From: a virus
Reading direction: 5' to 3' (one strand)
DNA: 64,000 bases
Virus record (IMG/VR): IMGVR_UViG_3300045988_180880
Coordinates: 128,001-192,000 of that record
Shown here one piece after another: positions 35,352 through 45,317 of this stretch. The notes beneath the pieces were generated by a model, which was not told the DNA's origin, did not search any database, and saw nothing but the letters and a program-made list of their open reading frames with translations. Positions within the stretch are counted from its first letter, which is position 1, and each line of letters starts with the position of its first letter. A program made the translations under genes and the position numbers.

Positions 35352-37058
35352 TTATTTATTTACTTTTTCTTTCTTAATATCTAACTCCATTATTATAGAA
35401 TCAGATACAATTACCTCAGAATTATCACCTAAATCTAAATTAATGATATTCCCAGAAACTTTTCCATTTACCATTGCAAGAGCTAATTTATCTTCTACAT
35501 ACTTTGAAATATTCTTTGATAAATCTCTAGCTCCGTATTTAGTATCTACTTGATCAATTATAAATTCTTTTAATTTTTCAGATATATTGATTTTATATCC
35601 TTTTTTTGATAAACGATCGCTAAGTTTTGCAATTTCAAGATCAAATATCTTTATCATTTCCGGTTTTCCAAGTTCATTAAAGATAACAATATTACTAAGT
35701 CGTCCAATAAATTCTGGTCTAAAGAATTTTTCCATGGCCTTCATTACTATAGACTTATTATCTTTATTTTTCTCATCTTGACTTTGTTTATTAAATCCGA
35801 GTCCATTTCCTTTTTCAGATAGTTGTTTCGAAGCTACGTTACTAGTCATCAAAATTACGCAGTTCTTAAAACTCACTTCGAGACCGTTACTTAGGTTAGC
35901 TTTTCCTGTGTCAAGAATTCCTAGGAGTAAGTCATAAATATCTTTATGAGCTTTTTCAATTTCATCAAATACAATAACCATATTTGGATTAGTTCTTACT
36001 TTTTCAAAAACTGCTGTATCTGAATCAGATCCTAAATATCCTGGAGCGCTTCCAAGTAATCGGGATACAGAATAACTCTCTGTATATTCTCCCATATTAA
36101 TAAGTAATAAGTTTTTCTCAGCGCTTTCAAAGAAAAGTTCAGCTATCTTCTTAGAAATCAGGCTTTTACCTACACCAGTCGGACCTAATAAAAATGCCGT
36201 ACAGATAGGTTTATTGGGATCCTGTATATCAAGAATTGATTTTTGAAGTGCAGTAACTACAGTATCAACTGCATCTTGTTGTCCTATAATTTCTTTTTCC
36301 AAGACTTTCTTCATGTTTCTAATTTTGATTGCTTCACTATCCTTCATCTTGTTTATAGGAACATTAGAAATCTTAGATACTACTGACATAACATCTTCTT
36401 CAGTTACTTCAGGCCAACCAGAAGGATCATTAAGTTCTCCAATTAACTTTAATCTCTCCTCCTCAAGTTCTTTTTTCAAAACCAATTCAGTATCTCTCCT
36501 CTTCTGAGCCTCATCGAAATCTTGTTCCTCTACTAACCTAATTTTTTCCTTAACAATATCATCAATCGCTTTTTCTAGGTTATCTACAGAACTAGTATCA
36601 ATATTTTTTCTAAGTTTTGCTGCACTAGCTGCAATATCAATACAGTCTATGGCTTTATCTGGGAAATGTCTATCATAGATATATCTTCCACTAAGTTCTA
36701 CACAAAGTTTTAAAATATCATCTGTATATCTTACTCTATGATAATCTTCATATCTTTCCCTAAGTGTCTTTAATATTTCCAAGGTTTCTTCTTTGGTTGG
36801 CTCAGACACCATTACCGTTTGAAATCTTCTTTTAAGAGCACTATCTTTTTCTATATATTTTTTAAATTCTGTAGTTGTTGTTGACCCGAGACATCTGAAT
36901 TTCCCTCTAGCTAATGGACCTTTAAGAATATTAGCTCCATCTCCTTTACCATCATTCGAACCATTACCTACTAGATTGTGTATTTCATCTATATAAATAA
37001 TTATTTCAAGATTATTTTCTACTTCTTTGATTATAGCATCTAAACGCTCTTCATATTG
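35352..37058 (-). CDS. clpC: ClpC-type AAA+ chaperone, exon 2 (rest of NBD1, UVR-like M-domain, NBD2)
   Basis: (Q)YEERLDAIIKEV..IIYIDEIHNLVG (Walker B), ALKRRFQTV, QDFDEAQKRRDTE (UVR-like), FLLGPTGVGKSL (Walker A2), VIVFDEIEKAH (Walker B2), GLGFNKQ (ClpP-docking LGF loop at the position of ClpC VGF), FRPEFIGRL. Confidence 0.85.
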   Translation of the reverse strand, partial: QYEERLDAIIKEVENNLEIIIYIDEIHNLVGNGSNDGKGDGANILKGPLARGKFRCLGSTTTTEFKKYIEKDSALKRRFQTVMVSEPTKEETLEILKTLRERYEDYHRVRYTDDILKLCVELSGRYIYDRHFPDKAIDCIDIAASAAKLRKNIDTSSVDNLEKAIDDIVKEKIRLVEEQDFDEAQKRRDTELVLKKELEEERLKLIGELNDPSGWPEVTEEDVMSVVSKISNVPINKMKDSEAIKIRNMKKVLEKEIIGQQDAVDTVVTALQKSILDIQDPNKPICTAFLLGPTGVGKSLISKKIAELFFESAEKNLLLINMGEYTESYSVSRLLGSAPGYLGSDSDTAVFEKVRTNPNMVIVFDEIEKAHKDIYDLLLGILDTGKANLSNGLEVSFKNCVILMTSNVASKQLSEKGNGLGFNKQSQDEKNKDNKSIVMKAMEKFFRPEFIGRLSNIVIFNELGKPEMIKIFDLEIAKLSDRLSKKGYKINISEKLKEFIIDQVDTKYGARDLSKNISKYVEDKLALAMVNGKVSGNIINLDLGDNSEVIVSDSIIMELDIKKEKVNK

Positions 37059-37280
37059 CATTACGTTAACTATATGAAAATATTTTCATATAGATCAGTA
37101 TATGATTTCAAGTTTAAATATTTAAACTTGGCCAGTCTTTATACGTTACACTAAAGAATATTATCTTTAGTTCGGCATTAAATTACTTAACTAAAGCGTA
37201 AGATAGTTAAGGTTATTCGCCGAATTTACTAGCTTATAATCTAAAGAATCACTTCTTTAAACGGCCATTTTATAATCACA
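37059..37280 (-). mobile_element. probable group I intron (ORF-less, ~222 nt) splitting clpC
   Basis: It interrupts the conserved LVAG..(Y/F)RG-E-(F/Y)EERL motif between FRG and YEERL. Minus-sense order of helices fits P3 (tggcc/ggcca), P4 (ttcggc/gccgaa, with P- and Q-like aaattcggcgaa / aatgccgaac), P5, P6, P7 (gtata/tatac), P8 and P9 hairpins. It shares AACG..UAUAAAGACU with the rusA intron R region. The model splices after U and the intron ends in G. Boundaries are good to a few nt only. Confidence 0.65.
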
Positions 37281-38276
37281 ACCTCTAAATTGGCAACCAG
37301 CCACTAAAGCGTTTAAATCTAATGAGAAGATCCTTTTATCTATCAATTCTCTAGGAACTTCTTTATTTACTATTTTCTGACACAATCCTTCAATAATTGC
37401 GGTCTTTCCACAACCAGCTTCAGCTAATAAAATTCCATTGTTCTTCTTCCTACATGATAGGATTTCAATAATCTGTGAAATTTCTTTATCTCTACCTACA
37501 ATTGGATCATATTCTCCATTTTTTGCAGCTAAAGTCATATCTGTAGAAAATTTATCAAGGAAAGGGGTTCTAGAATTTGGATCTAGGTTTTCGGGCTCAT
37601 TACTTCCTTGTCCAGCCATTTCAAATTCTCGATCTTCCTCTTCGCGACGTTTTTCTGAGTCTTCGTCGCCTTGGTTATAATCGAGAGTTTTTTCTTTAAG
37701 TTCGCCGCCGTTATTTTCCTCACGGTTATCTTCTTGGTCTTTTATTCCAAGTTTCGTATCGAAGTCATTTATCTTCCAAAATAAACTCGTGAGGTCTCTT
37801 GCATCGGCGCCTAATTCATCTACAAGATACTCTGCAATCTTACTAAATTCTGTTTCTGGAAGTGAACACATAAGAAAAGCTAGTGTATCAATATCATCAG
37901 TCATCTCAGATTTTAAATTTATATCTGTCAGTTTATCCAAGATATAATTAATGGCTGGAGACAAGACAATTGAATCAGCGCCAGTATACAATTCAGAAGG
38001 CGCTGTAAATTTATTGTCTTCTCTAATTTCGGCCACTACATCCATTATAAATTCTCTAAGATCTTCCTCTGTACTAGGTTTTCCGATAAACAGATCTTTT
38101 AGATAATCTCTTAGTTCTGGAATATCACCTTCATTATCTAGATAAGTTATAACTATCTGAGAAACTATATGATCTAATGATATTTCTTTTCCCATAAACG
38201 AGACTACTTCTTCATGAGCTTTCTCGAAAAACTTTTTTAATTCTTGAGATAATTCAAATTTTGATGAATCTTTCAT
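37281..38276 (-). CDS. clpC: ClpC-type AAA+ chaperone, exon 1 (Clp_N-like N-domain, acidic insert, NBD1 Walker A)
   Basis: PIVGRDKEISQIIEILSCRKKNNGILLAEAGCGKTAIIEGLCQKIVNKEVPREL..RIFSLDLNALVAGCQFRG matches ClpA/B/C NBD1 up to the RG. The ORF-track tail CDYKMAV is intron read-through. Confidence 0.8.
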
Positions 38277-38313
38277 TTTTCTATTTGTTTAATTTTTATT
38301 ATGTTTATCATCA

Positions 38314-38324
38314 CATTATTAAGG
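38314..38324 (-). promoter_or_regulatory. promoter motif variant upstream of clpC
   Basis: Plus strand cattattaagg, which is CCTTAATAATG on minus; 38 nt upstream of ATG 38276. Confidence 0.4.
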
Positions 38325-38327
38325 AAA

Positions 38328-39101
38328 TCATCGGTAAATTTTATATCTATTTTTTGCTTCAGAGATATAATCATTAATATCTTCTTGAGTAATAGTTATA
38401 TCTTTTATGTTTTTAAATTTGTTAGCCCAATTACTACACCAACTCCTCCAACTAGTATCACCTTCAAGTTCTTTTATGTACTCAAGAATTTCTCCTTCTC
38501 CTTTAATATTTCTTTTTGGGACCCACCCCGAACAATTCTCAAAGGATTCATTTCGATCATATATTGATTTTACTTTTATCGAAATTTTCTTTTTCTTTTT
38601 CAACCATTTAAAGAAATCTTTTATAGGATTTGGATACATTAACTTCGGAAACTTATAAATCTCATAATCTTCAGTTACAACTATATAAATCCTTGATTCT
38701 TTTCCTAAGGTCGGTGTCTTAAGAAATGGAAGATCGACTCGTTTGGCATCTATATAAACCTTAGTATTCCACCATCTAAAAGTATCTGGTTTATTTGTAT
38801 CTTTTACTTGATATAACATAAAATCTCCAGAAATATCAATAGCATCTACAGCTAAACCTGTTTTTCCAGTAGAATCATCTATGACTACTTGAGAGTTTCC
38901 TTCTTCAAAGAGATCCATAACTTGAGATGCACCATGTTCTACTATATAAAGTGTTTTCCCTGTTAGATTATCAATAGTTTCTAAGTCTTTTTTATCTCCT
39001 TCTGAAAGTTCTACAAACATATACCCATCTGTACGCGTTACAGATCTAGTTCCAGTAATTCGGTCTAATTTTGTTTTCTTTACTAATTCTTCTGGTTTCA
39101 T
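38328..39101 (-). CDS. hypothetical protein (immediately upstream of clpC)
   Basis: 257-aa ORF. Confidence 0.65.
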   Translation of the reverse strand: MKPEELVKKTKLDRITGTRSVTRTDGYMFVELSEGDKKDLETIDNLTGKTLYIVEHGASQVMDLFEEGNSQVVIDDSTGKTGLAVDAIDISGDFMLYQVKDTNKPDTFRWWNTKVYIDAKRVDLPFLKTPTLGKESRIYIVVTEDYEIYKFPKLMYPNPIKDFFKWLKKKKKISIKVKSIYDRNESFENCSGWVPKRNIKGEGEILEYIKELEGDTSWRSWCSNWANKFKNIKDITITQEDINDYISEAKNRYKIYR

Positions 39102-39102
39102 G

Positions 39103-39642
39103 TTAAATTATTCTCGGTTCATTAATAATTCCTTTATCAATTAGATAGTTTCGATAGAGAAGATTTATAACAAATTCAGGTGATTTACAACAAAATTCTC
39201 TATCTACTACCTTTAGATTTTTCAATAGTTCAAATAAAGAAACTTCAGGTAAATATTCTTTCCTACAACAAATGCTATTATTTCTATTTACAATATCTAA
39301 TCTTGAATCTGTATAGATTAATTTTTTCTCTCGATTTAGTATATTTATTATTTTTCTATTAGAAAGTTTTTTACAGATATACCCTTCTGTAACAAAATAT
39401 AAAAATACCTCAGATAAAGAAGCTAGACGTACATCCTTTTCTAATTGAATTCCTTCAAAAAATTTTAACACATAAGTTTTATCAAAAAGATTTTTATAAT
39501 TATTCCTAGATAAAATATATCTTGAGTGTAAAAATGGAAAAGTATATAATAAATCTTCTTTATTTGAAGAAGAAATTTCTAAGTAAGTGTATTTTGCTCC
39601 TTTAAAATTTATATAACTTAATAACATACTTACTTTCCCCAT
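39103..39642 (-). CDS. hypothetical protein, tandem paralog A
   Basis: C-terminus LLYRNYLIDKGIINEPRII parallels the neighbour's IIFRNYLIDTGKITGEPKI. Confidence 0.6.
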   Translation of the reverse strand: MGKVSMLLSYINFKGAKYTYLEISSSNKEDLLYTFPFLHSRYILSRNNYKNLFDKTYVLKFFEGIQLEKDVRLASLSEVFLYFVTEGYICKKLSNRKIINILNREKKLIYTDSRLDIVNRNNSICCRKEYLPEVSLFELLKNLKVVDREFCCKSPEFVINLLYRNYLIDKGIINEPRII

Positions 39643-40196
39643 TTTAAATTTATTTTTGGTTCTCCAGTAATTTTTCCAGTATCTATAAGATAATTTCGAA
39701 AGATTATAGTTTTTAGAAATCCTGTTACAGTTTTAAATTTCTTTTCAGGGATAGGAACCACAGAAGTCAGAATATCCTTTCTAGTAAATGAGTTTAATTC
39801 GTACTCCCTGATTAATCGGGTTCCTGGTTGTTTATTCAACGATTCTACTTCCATTATAAATGAAAGTTGTATCATTGGATCTTTATAAAGTCTTTTTGAC
39901 ATAGAATTAAGATTTGAAATTTTTGGACGGTCAATTGAGGATGCTAAAACTAATCCTACTTTAGAGAAATCCATTAATTGTATTGGTCTTTCTTTTTCGA
40001 ATTTTTCTAAGTATGGTTTTAATTTTACTTCGTCCTGTACAATTTCAAAACTAAATCCAGGTTCTGCAAACACTTCGAATCTACCATAATCTACATAAGG
40101 TATTGTAATTTTTTCTGTAGAATTTGATTCTGTAAGTACTGTATAATATACTGTGAATACATTTTGTATAACACATTGATAAACTTTTACATCCAT
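39630..40196 (-). CDS. hypothetical protein, tandem paralog B
   Basis: See 39103..39642. Confidence 0.6.
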   Translation of the reverse strand: MDVKVYQCVIQNVFTVYYTVLTESNSTEKITIPYVDYGRFEVFAEPGFSFEIVQDEVKLKPYLEKFEKERPIQLMDFSKVGLVLASSIDRPKISNLNSMSKRLYKDPMIQLSFIMEVESLNKQPGTRLIREYELNSFTRKDILTSVVPIPEKKFKTVTGFLKTIIFRNYLIDTGKITGEPKINLKWGK

Positions 40197-41974
40197 TCTT
40201 CTATAGTATTATCGTTCCACTTCACCCTAGCATATACATCTGGGGCATTATCTAATCTCAATTCTAAGTTTTTAAAATCTTCTCTGAATTCTTGAGGTAG
40301 TTCGAATACTTTATTTATTACCTCCTTCATAATTTCTCGAGCCTTTAATTGTCTGGCTTTCTTTCTCCATACTCTGGGACAAAATACGGCCGGAACATAT
40401 ATAAAGTGATCAGAAGCGGCGGATATATCTGTTATAACTACCTCAGAAGGATCTATCTCAAGTTTTTCATACTCTGGGGTGTTCCAGTATCCATATTCAT
40501 TTTTCTTTGGTTCCTTAGAAAAACATAAATACTTATCTCCTTCTTTAACAAACCATAAACTTCCGCCGCTAAACTCCTCTTTATATTTTTCTAATAAATC
40601 AGCCGGTGTTGATAGTCCCGGATCTTCATCGAAATAATCTTGAAGAATTTGTTTTATCTCTCCAACTATTTTTCCAGGAGCTAATCTAAATTCTGTCATT
40701 ATACACTCTCCTGTAACTGGAACTGTGAAATTTGCAGTAGGTTGAAGATTTTTTATTCTTTCAACTTCGGAGAGAAATGATTCAGTTTGACCTGGCATAT
40801 TCCAACAAGGTTTATGGTTCATATTATCAGCTTCAATTAACTTCATTTCATCCGTCAAGTTATCTCCAAGAAGTCTGATAAGTTGACGAGTTTTCTTTGG
40901 TTTTCCTGTATATAATCCCCGAGAATAGTCATATAGCTGTTTAATACACATATGATTTTCAACTAAGAAAACGACTTTATCAATTACTTCCCCCGGATAT
41001 TTAAGATTAGTTAGGATTTTTCTTGTTTCTTTTGCTGACTCTTTATCATGTTCATGAAATGAAAATGATCCATCTTCTTTTACTTGATAACATATTGGTT
41101 TAGAAACATCATGAAAGAGGGCTGCTAACCTAAGTTCAAGATTTGCTCCGCCTTGAATTACATGACCCAATACAGCAAGAGAATGTTCACCCCAAGTCTT
41201 ATCATGATATTTATTATTCTGTACGAAACCAATATTTAATTGAAAAATCTTAGAAATTCTCCACATAAGACATCTTCCAATTAGTTCTCGAATTCCCCAT
41301 ACTGCATTTTTTGACATTAAAATCTTAGTAAACTCATCTCTAATCCTTTCCATACTAAGAGATGAATATTCTGGAATATTATCAATCTTAGAGTATGTTT
41401 CCTCAGAAATAGTAAACATTTTAGTACAGGCAAATCTGATTGCTCTTAACATTCTAAGAGGATCATCTTTAAAAGTCTGTTCAGGATCAAGAGGCGTTCT
41501 TAAGATTCTATTCTTACAATCATCTAAACCTTTCCCCGTTGGATCTAATACCTCTCCAGTTAATAGGTTTTTATATAATGCATTACAACAAAAATCACGT
41601 CTAAAAGCATCCTCTGTGATATTAGTTTGTTGTACTGTATCTGGTTTTCTCGGTCCTTGATTATAAGTTTCAACTCTAGGTACAACACACTCTATATCTA
41701 TCTTTTCATTGGCTCCTATGTCTAATGAAAATTTCCCAGTTTTAAATCTATTATAAGTAACGAAACCAGAACATTCAGGCTTTGTTTTTAGGAAATCTAT
41801 AAAGAGATCTGTTCCTTCTGGATAATCAATACAAAGATCTATATCTTTTGGAGTTTTTCCTAAAACTAAATCCCTAACACATCCACCAACTAGATAGATT
41901 TTTTCTTTGAATTTACAATCTTGAACTACTTCTTTTAATAATTCGACTGCTTTTTCGTAATCAATTTTCTTCAT
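40187..41974 (-). CDS. cca: CCA-adding enzyme / tRNA nucleotidyltransferase with HD domain and extra C-terminal domain
   Basis: KIYLVGGCVRDLVLGKTPKDIDLCID (GGxVRD...DxD), DPLRMLRAIRFA, HD region HDKTWGEHSL...LRLAALFHDVSKP. About 150 extra C-terminal residues. Confidence 0.8.
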   Translation of the reverse strand: MKKIDYEKAVELLKEVVQDCKFKEKIYLVGGCVRDLVLGKTPKDIDLCIDYPEGTDLFIDFLKTKPECSGFVTYNRFKTGKFSLDIGANEKIDIECVVPRVETYNQGPRKPDTVQQTNITEDAFRRDFCCNALYKNLLTGEVLDPTGKGLDDCKNRILRTPLDPEQTFKDDPLRMLRAIRFACTKMFTISEETYSKIDNIPEYSSLSMERIRDEFTKILMSKNAVWGIRELIGRCLMWRISKIFQLNIGFVQNNKYHDKTWGEHSLAVLGHVIQGGANLELRLAALFHDVSKPICYQVKEDGSFSFHEHDKESAKETRKILTNLKYPGEVIDKVVFLVENHMCIKQLYDYSRGLYTGKPKKTRQLIRLLGDNLTDEMKLIEADNMNHKPCWNMPGQTESFLSEVERIKNLQPTANFTVPVTGECIMTEFRLAPGKIVGEIKQILQDYFDEDPGLSTPADLLEKYKEEFSGGSLWFVKEGDKYLCFSKEPKKNEYGYWNTPEYEKLEIDPSEVVITDISAASDHFIYVPAVFCPRVWRKKARQLKAREIMKEVINKVFELPQEFREDFKNLELRLDNAPDVYARVKWNDNTIEEWM

Positions 41975-41993
41975 AATTGTTTATTGTTTTTAT

Positions 41994-42004
41994 CACATAT
42001 AAGG
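41994..42004 (-). promoter_or_regulatory. promoter motif variant (minus strand)
   Basis: Plus strand cacatataagg, which is CCTTATATGTG on minus; 20 nt upstream of ATG 41974. The same variant occurs at 62270. Confidence 0.45.
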
Positions 42005-42051
42005 AAAATAAACTACCCTGGAAGATTTATTTTCTCCAAGGTAGTAATATT

Positions 42052-43137
42052 TTATTGTTGTTCAGCTTTTTTATATACTTTTATAATAGTTGCTAGATTA
42101 AGAATTACTATAAATCCAGATATAATTATAGTAATTAAATTTATAAAAGGTATTTGAATGAAATTATAAGAATCCAATTCAATATGATTCCAATAATTTT
42201 TTTGATATCCACTAAGTAAACAATCTGAATAATTTTCTATGTTTAACTTTGTTCCAGGCTTAAGAGATTTTTCCAAAATATATTTTTCAAACTTTTTATC
42301 TCTATCCCAACTAAAAGATCCAGACCAAGTTATAGTATCATTTTCATCAATACCTATACAAAATATTGCTTCATTTTCTTTTCCTCCAGACCAGAATGAT
42401 CTTTGAAGTTCTGTTTTATTCTTATAGCTATTTTGCCAAACTAAAAGAATAGGTCTGAACATAGGATCAAGGGAACATATATAACCAATTTTTCTTTCTA
42501 GAGAATCAGGAATATTGATACCATATACGAAATTTTGTCTAGGTTCTAAAATATTATCTGAATTTACAACTCTACCAATACTATATCTCACAAATAATCT
42601 TTTCTTCAAAGCTTCTGATATATCTACATCATATAACTTATAGATCGGTAAGATATTATTCATGTAGTTATAGTAATTAACTGGTTTTGAGAATATTAAT
42701 GCAGTTTCAGGATTACTATTCCACTTAGATCTACACATATGCCAACTCTTATTCTGTGGATGTATGATATCTTCCTTGTTTTTCCATAATCCTTGAAAAT
42801 ACATAAAAGTATTTTTCGAAATTTCAATCTCTACTTCTTCACCAGTATCAAAATCATCATAAACTAGGTAATAAACATCTTCATGAGTAACATCTTTTCC
42901 ATCTACTTTTTCTATCCAATTACTGTAATGTTTTATATACCTAGCTGAGTATTCAACTAGTTTTGTATCTACTGGCTTATTTAAAGTAAATGTAAAAAAT
43001 ACAATAAATATAGCCATAATCGAAGGTAAGACGAAAAATATATTCGGCTTATCTTTTTTCAATCGTCTTTTAACTTTAATAAATATAAATACTGATATTA
43101 ATAACAGTATTACAACAGTCATAAATAAATATTCCAT
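42052..43137 (-). CDS. membrane protein (two N-terminal and one C-terminal hydrophobic helices)
   Basis: MEYLFMTVVILLLISVFIFI, FFVLPSIMAIFIVFFTF and C-terminal LITIIISGFIVILNLATII. Confidence 0.65.
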   Translation of the reverse strand: MEYLFMTVVILLLISVFIFIKVKRRLKKDKPNIFFVLPSIMAIFIVFFTFTLNKPVDTKLVEYSARYIKHYSNWIEKVDGKDVTHEDVYYLVYDDFDTGEEVEIEISKNTFMYFQGLWKNKEDIIHPQNKSWHMCRSKWNSNPETALIFSKPVNYYNYMNNILPIYKLYDVDISEALKKRLFVRYSIGRVVNSDNILEPRQNFVYGINIPDSLERKIGYICSLDPMFRPILLVWQNSYKNKTELQRSFWSGGKENEAIFCIGIDENDTITWSGSFSWDRDKKFEKYILEKSLKPGTKLNIENYSDCLLSGYQKNYWNHIELDSYNFIQIPFINLITIIISGFIVILNLATIIKVYKKAEQQ

Positions 43138-43144
43138 AGGCTTT

Positions 43145-43888
43145 TTAAAAACTTATTAATTTTCTTTTTCTAAGCAAATCTCCAACTACTGAGTTCCATT
43201 CTATCGCATCTTTAATAGTTTTCTCTGGATAAGTATAAGTGATAAAATTATTTTCTGCAAAAATGGTTTCTGTAATAATTATTTTTCCATAATCACCCAT
43301 ATCAGATTCATAAAATATATTTAAAGAGTTTCTGAATATTCCATCATCTCCTGGGGTTAAATAAAGATTATCAGTATCTTTTTCAATAGATCCTAAGAAA
43401 ATAAGATCTTCCCGAGGTTTCTTAACTCCCATTAAGGAATAATCTGCGTACCAAAGATAATGTTCATACTTCCATGAATGAACACTATATTCTCTAAGAT
43501 CTCTTGGAAAACCACTTAACTCTGGGGTCCCTTCACTTCCATAAATTACACAAGGTTTCCACCCTCCATTAATATATTGAAGTTCAAAAAGACATTTTGG
43601 ATAATCTTCATGGATTAAAATATCACCTTCATAAATTCCGTTAGTTATAAATTCTCCAACAGATTTATGTGAAACCCTACTCCAAGTAAAAGATCTCTTT
43701 TCTTCATCGACTCGACTATCACTAGTTATAATTAAACAAGAACTGTCATAAGTAGATATTCTAAGGGATCCATACACGAAATTCAATGAATCATATAGAC
43801 TCATTCCAATAGGTATTCCTCTAAAACTCTTGTCAATACTACTTCCATGTTTTTCTGCAAAGTATTTTTCAAGTAATCTACAACTCAT
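43145..43888 (-). CDS. hypothetical protein
   Basis: 247-aa ORF. Confidence 0.65.
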   Translation of the reverse strand: MSCRLLEKYFAEKHGSSIDKSFRGIPIGMSLYDSLNFVYGSLRISTYDSSCLIITSDSRVDEEKRSFTWSRVSHKSVGEFITNGIYEGDILIHEDYPKCLFELQYINGGWKPCVIYGSEGTPELSGFPRDLREYSVHSWKYEHYLWYADYSLMGVKKPREDLIFLGSIEKDTDNLYLTPGDDGIFRNSLNIFYESDMGDYGKIIITETIFAENNFITYTYPEKTIKDAIEWNSVVGDLLRKRKLISF

Positions 43889-45317
43889 TTTTTCTCTTTT
43901 CTTGTTTTAATCTTAATAACTCTTTTGACAAAGTAGGATCATTATGAGAGATGCCATCCAAGATATCATAATAAATACCCCAAATGGATCTTACAAATGC
44001 TAATCGTTTCGACACAAGCATATAAGTTCCATTCATTAAGGGCAGTTTAGATTCTTTCATAGAACTGTAAAGAGCACTAAGACGTAAGTATCTCTTATGC
44101 CACTTCAAAAGTTCTGGCATAGCTGTCTTTTCAGATAAACCCATTTCTCCAAGAACTTCTTTAACATCCTCTGGAAGTTCATCAAAAAACATATTATAAC
44201 TTTTCTGCAAAGATTCTTTATCTTCACTTAATTTCTCTACTACTTGATCCCATGTTAAATCACAAAGATCATCTATCCAGGAATCAATATAATATAATTT
44301 ATCCGAATCTTTAATAACACCAAATAGAATTGGATCCTTTTTAATTCTCTCCTCTTCAGCTTTTTCATATTCTGTTAAACTGAATGATTTTCCGGTAGGA
44401 TCATAGTACAGAATTACGTAGTTATCAAATACTTGTAAATTATCTGCCAGTACTTTCTTTTCAGCAACTGAATCTGGAATTACTCTTGTGAAATTCTTAA
44501 TATAATCAATATCAAGTTGTTTTTCACATTTTTTCTGAAGAGTTACTAGATCCGACATTGTAATATAATGATTAATTCCAGAAACTGCTAGAACTGATTC
44601 ATAAATATGTATAACTAATTCTGAAATTAATTTTTCGAGTTGAGCTTGTTGATTTAATACAGTAGCTTTATGAATTAAGCTCATATAAGCTTCAGTACGT
44701 TCTTTAAACTCTTTTTCTTTTCCAGCTAATATCTTAACTTGATCAAACAATTCTATTACATTTATTTCATACAGCTTTTTCGGTTCCTCTATCTTATCCT
44801 CAGTAATTGTCTTTTTTCTCTTTCCAAATAATTTTTCTAAGAAACCTTTCTTCTCTTTCTTATTCCCCGAAGAATTCATATTAGTATTAACATATTTAAC
44901 AGAATCATCATTATTATTTACGAAAATTTGATTCCGAATTCTACCTGAGATTAAAGAATTATTTTCCTTCAGAATTTTTAATAGCTTTTCTGAAATTGAT
45001 ATATTAAATTTCCTAGCATTTGAGTCTCCAAGAAATTCCTTAACTCTAGATAAACCTTTTAGAATTTTATCTGTAGCTTCTATTTCTTTCTCACCTTCTA
45101 AGAAAAGAAATTGTCCTGGAGTTATTGAATCAGGATCTGTATTTACTATTCTATTAAAATTTATATTTACTTCAGATTCCTTAAGGTCTTCCTTTGAACT
45201 TAAAGTTACTTTTTCGGTTGTATCTTTTACTAGATTTTTATATTTTAATAAATTTTCATCTACTACAATACCACCTTCAAACAATGTAATTCTGTTTCCT
45301 TTTTCTAATAATTTCAT
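43878..45317 (-). CDS. hypothetical protein
   Basis: 479-aa ORF; ATGA overlap with the upstream gene. Confidence 0.65.
   Translation of the reverse strand: MKLLEKGNRITLFEGGIVVDENLLKYKNLVKDTTEKVTLSSKEDLKESEVNINFNRIVNTDPDSITPGQFLFLEGEKEIEATDKILKGLSRVKEFLGDSNARKFNISISEKLLKILKENNSLISGRIRNQIFVNNNDDSVKYVNTNMNSSGNKKEKKGFLEKLFGKRKKTITEDKIEEPKKLYEINVIELFDQVKILAGKEKEFKERTEAYMSLIHKATVLNQQAQLEKLISELVIHIYESVLAVSGINHYITMSDLVTLQKKCEKQLDIDYIKNFTRVIPDSVAEKKVLADNLQVFDNYVILYYDPTGKSFSLTEYEKAEEERIKKDPILFGVIKDSDKLYYIDSWIDDLCDLTWDQVVEKLSEDKESLQKSYNMFFDELPEDVKEVLGEMGLSEKTAMPELLKWHKRYLRLSALYSSMKESKLPLMNGTYMLVSKRLAFVRSIWGIYYDILDGISHNDPTLSKELLRLKQEKRKNEL

Noticed and set aside
35587-36507. Plus-strand ORFs 35587-35781 and 36313-36507
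   Set aside because: They are antisense inside clpC exon 2.
37257-37280. C-terminal tail CDYKMAV and the start MQ (37061) of the two clpC ORFs as genuine protein ends
   Set aside because: Both lie exactly where Clp/Hsp100 homology is interrupted, and the intervening RNA has group I architecture. A split between Walker A and Walker B of NBD1 would not give a functional ATPase.
37438-37680. 80-aa plus-strand ORF
   Set aside because: It is antisense inside clpC exon 1.
38301-38658. Plus-strand ORFs 38301-38567 and 38407-38658
   Set aside because: They are antisense to 38328-39101.
39180-39362. 60-aa plus-strand ORF
   Set aside because: It is antisense inside 39103-39642.
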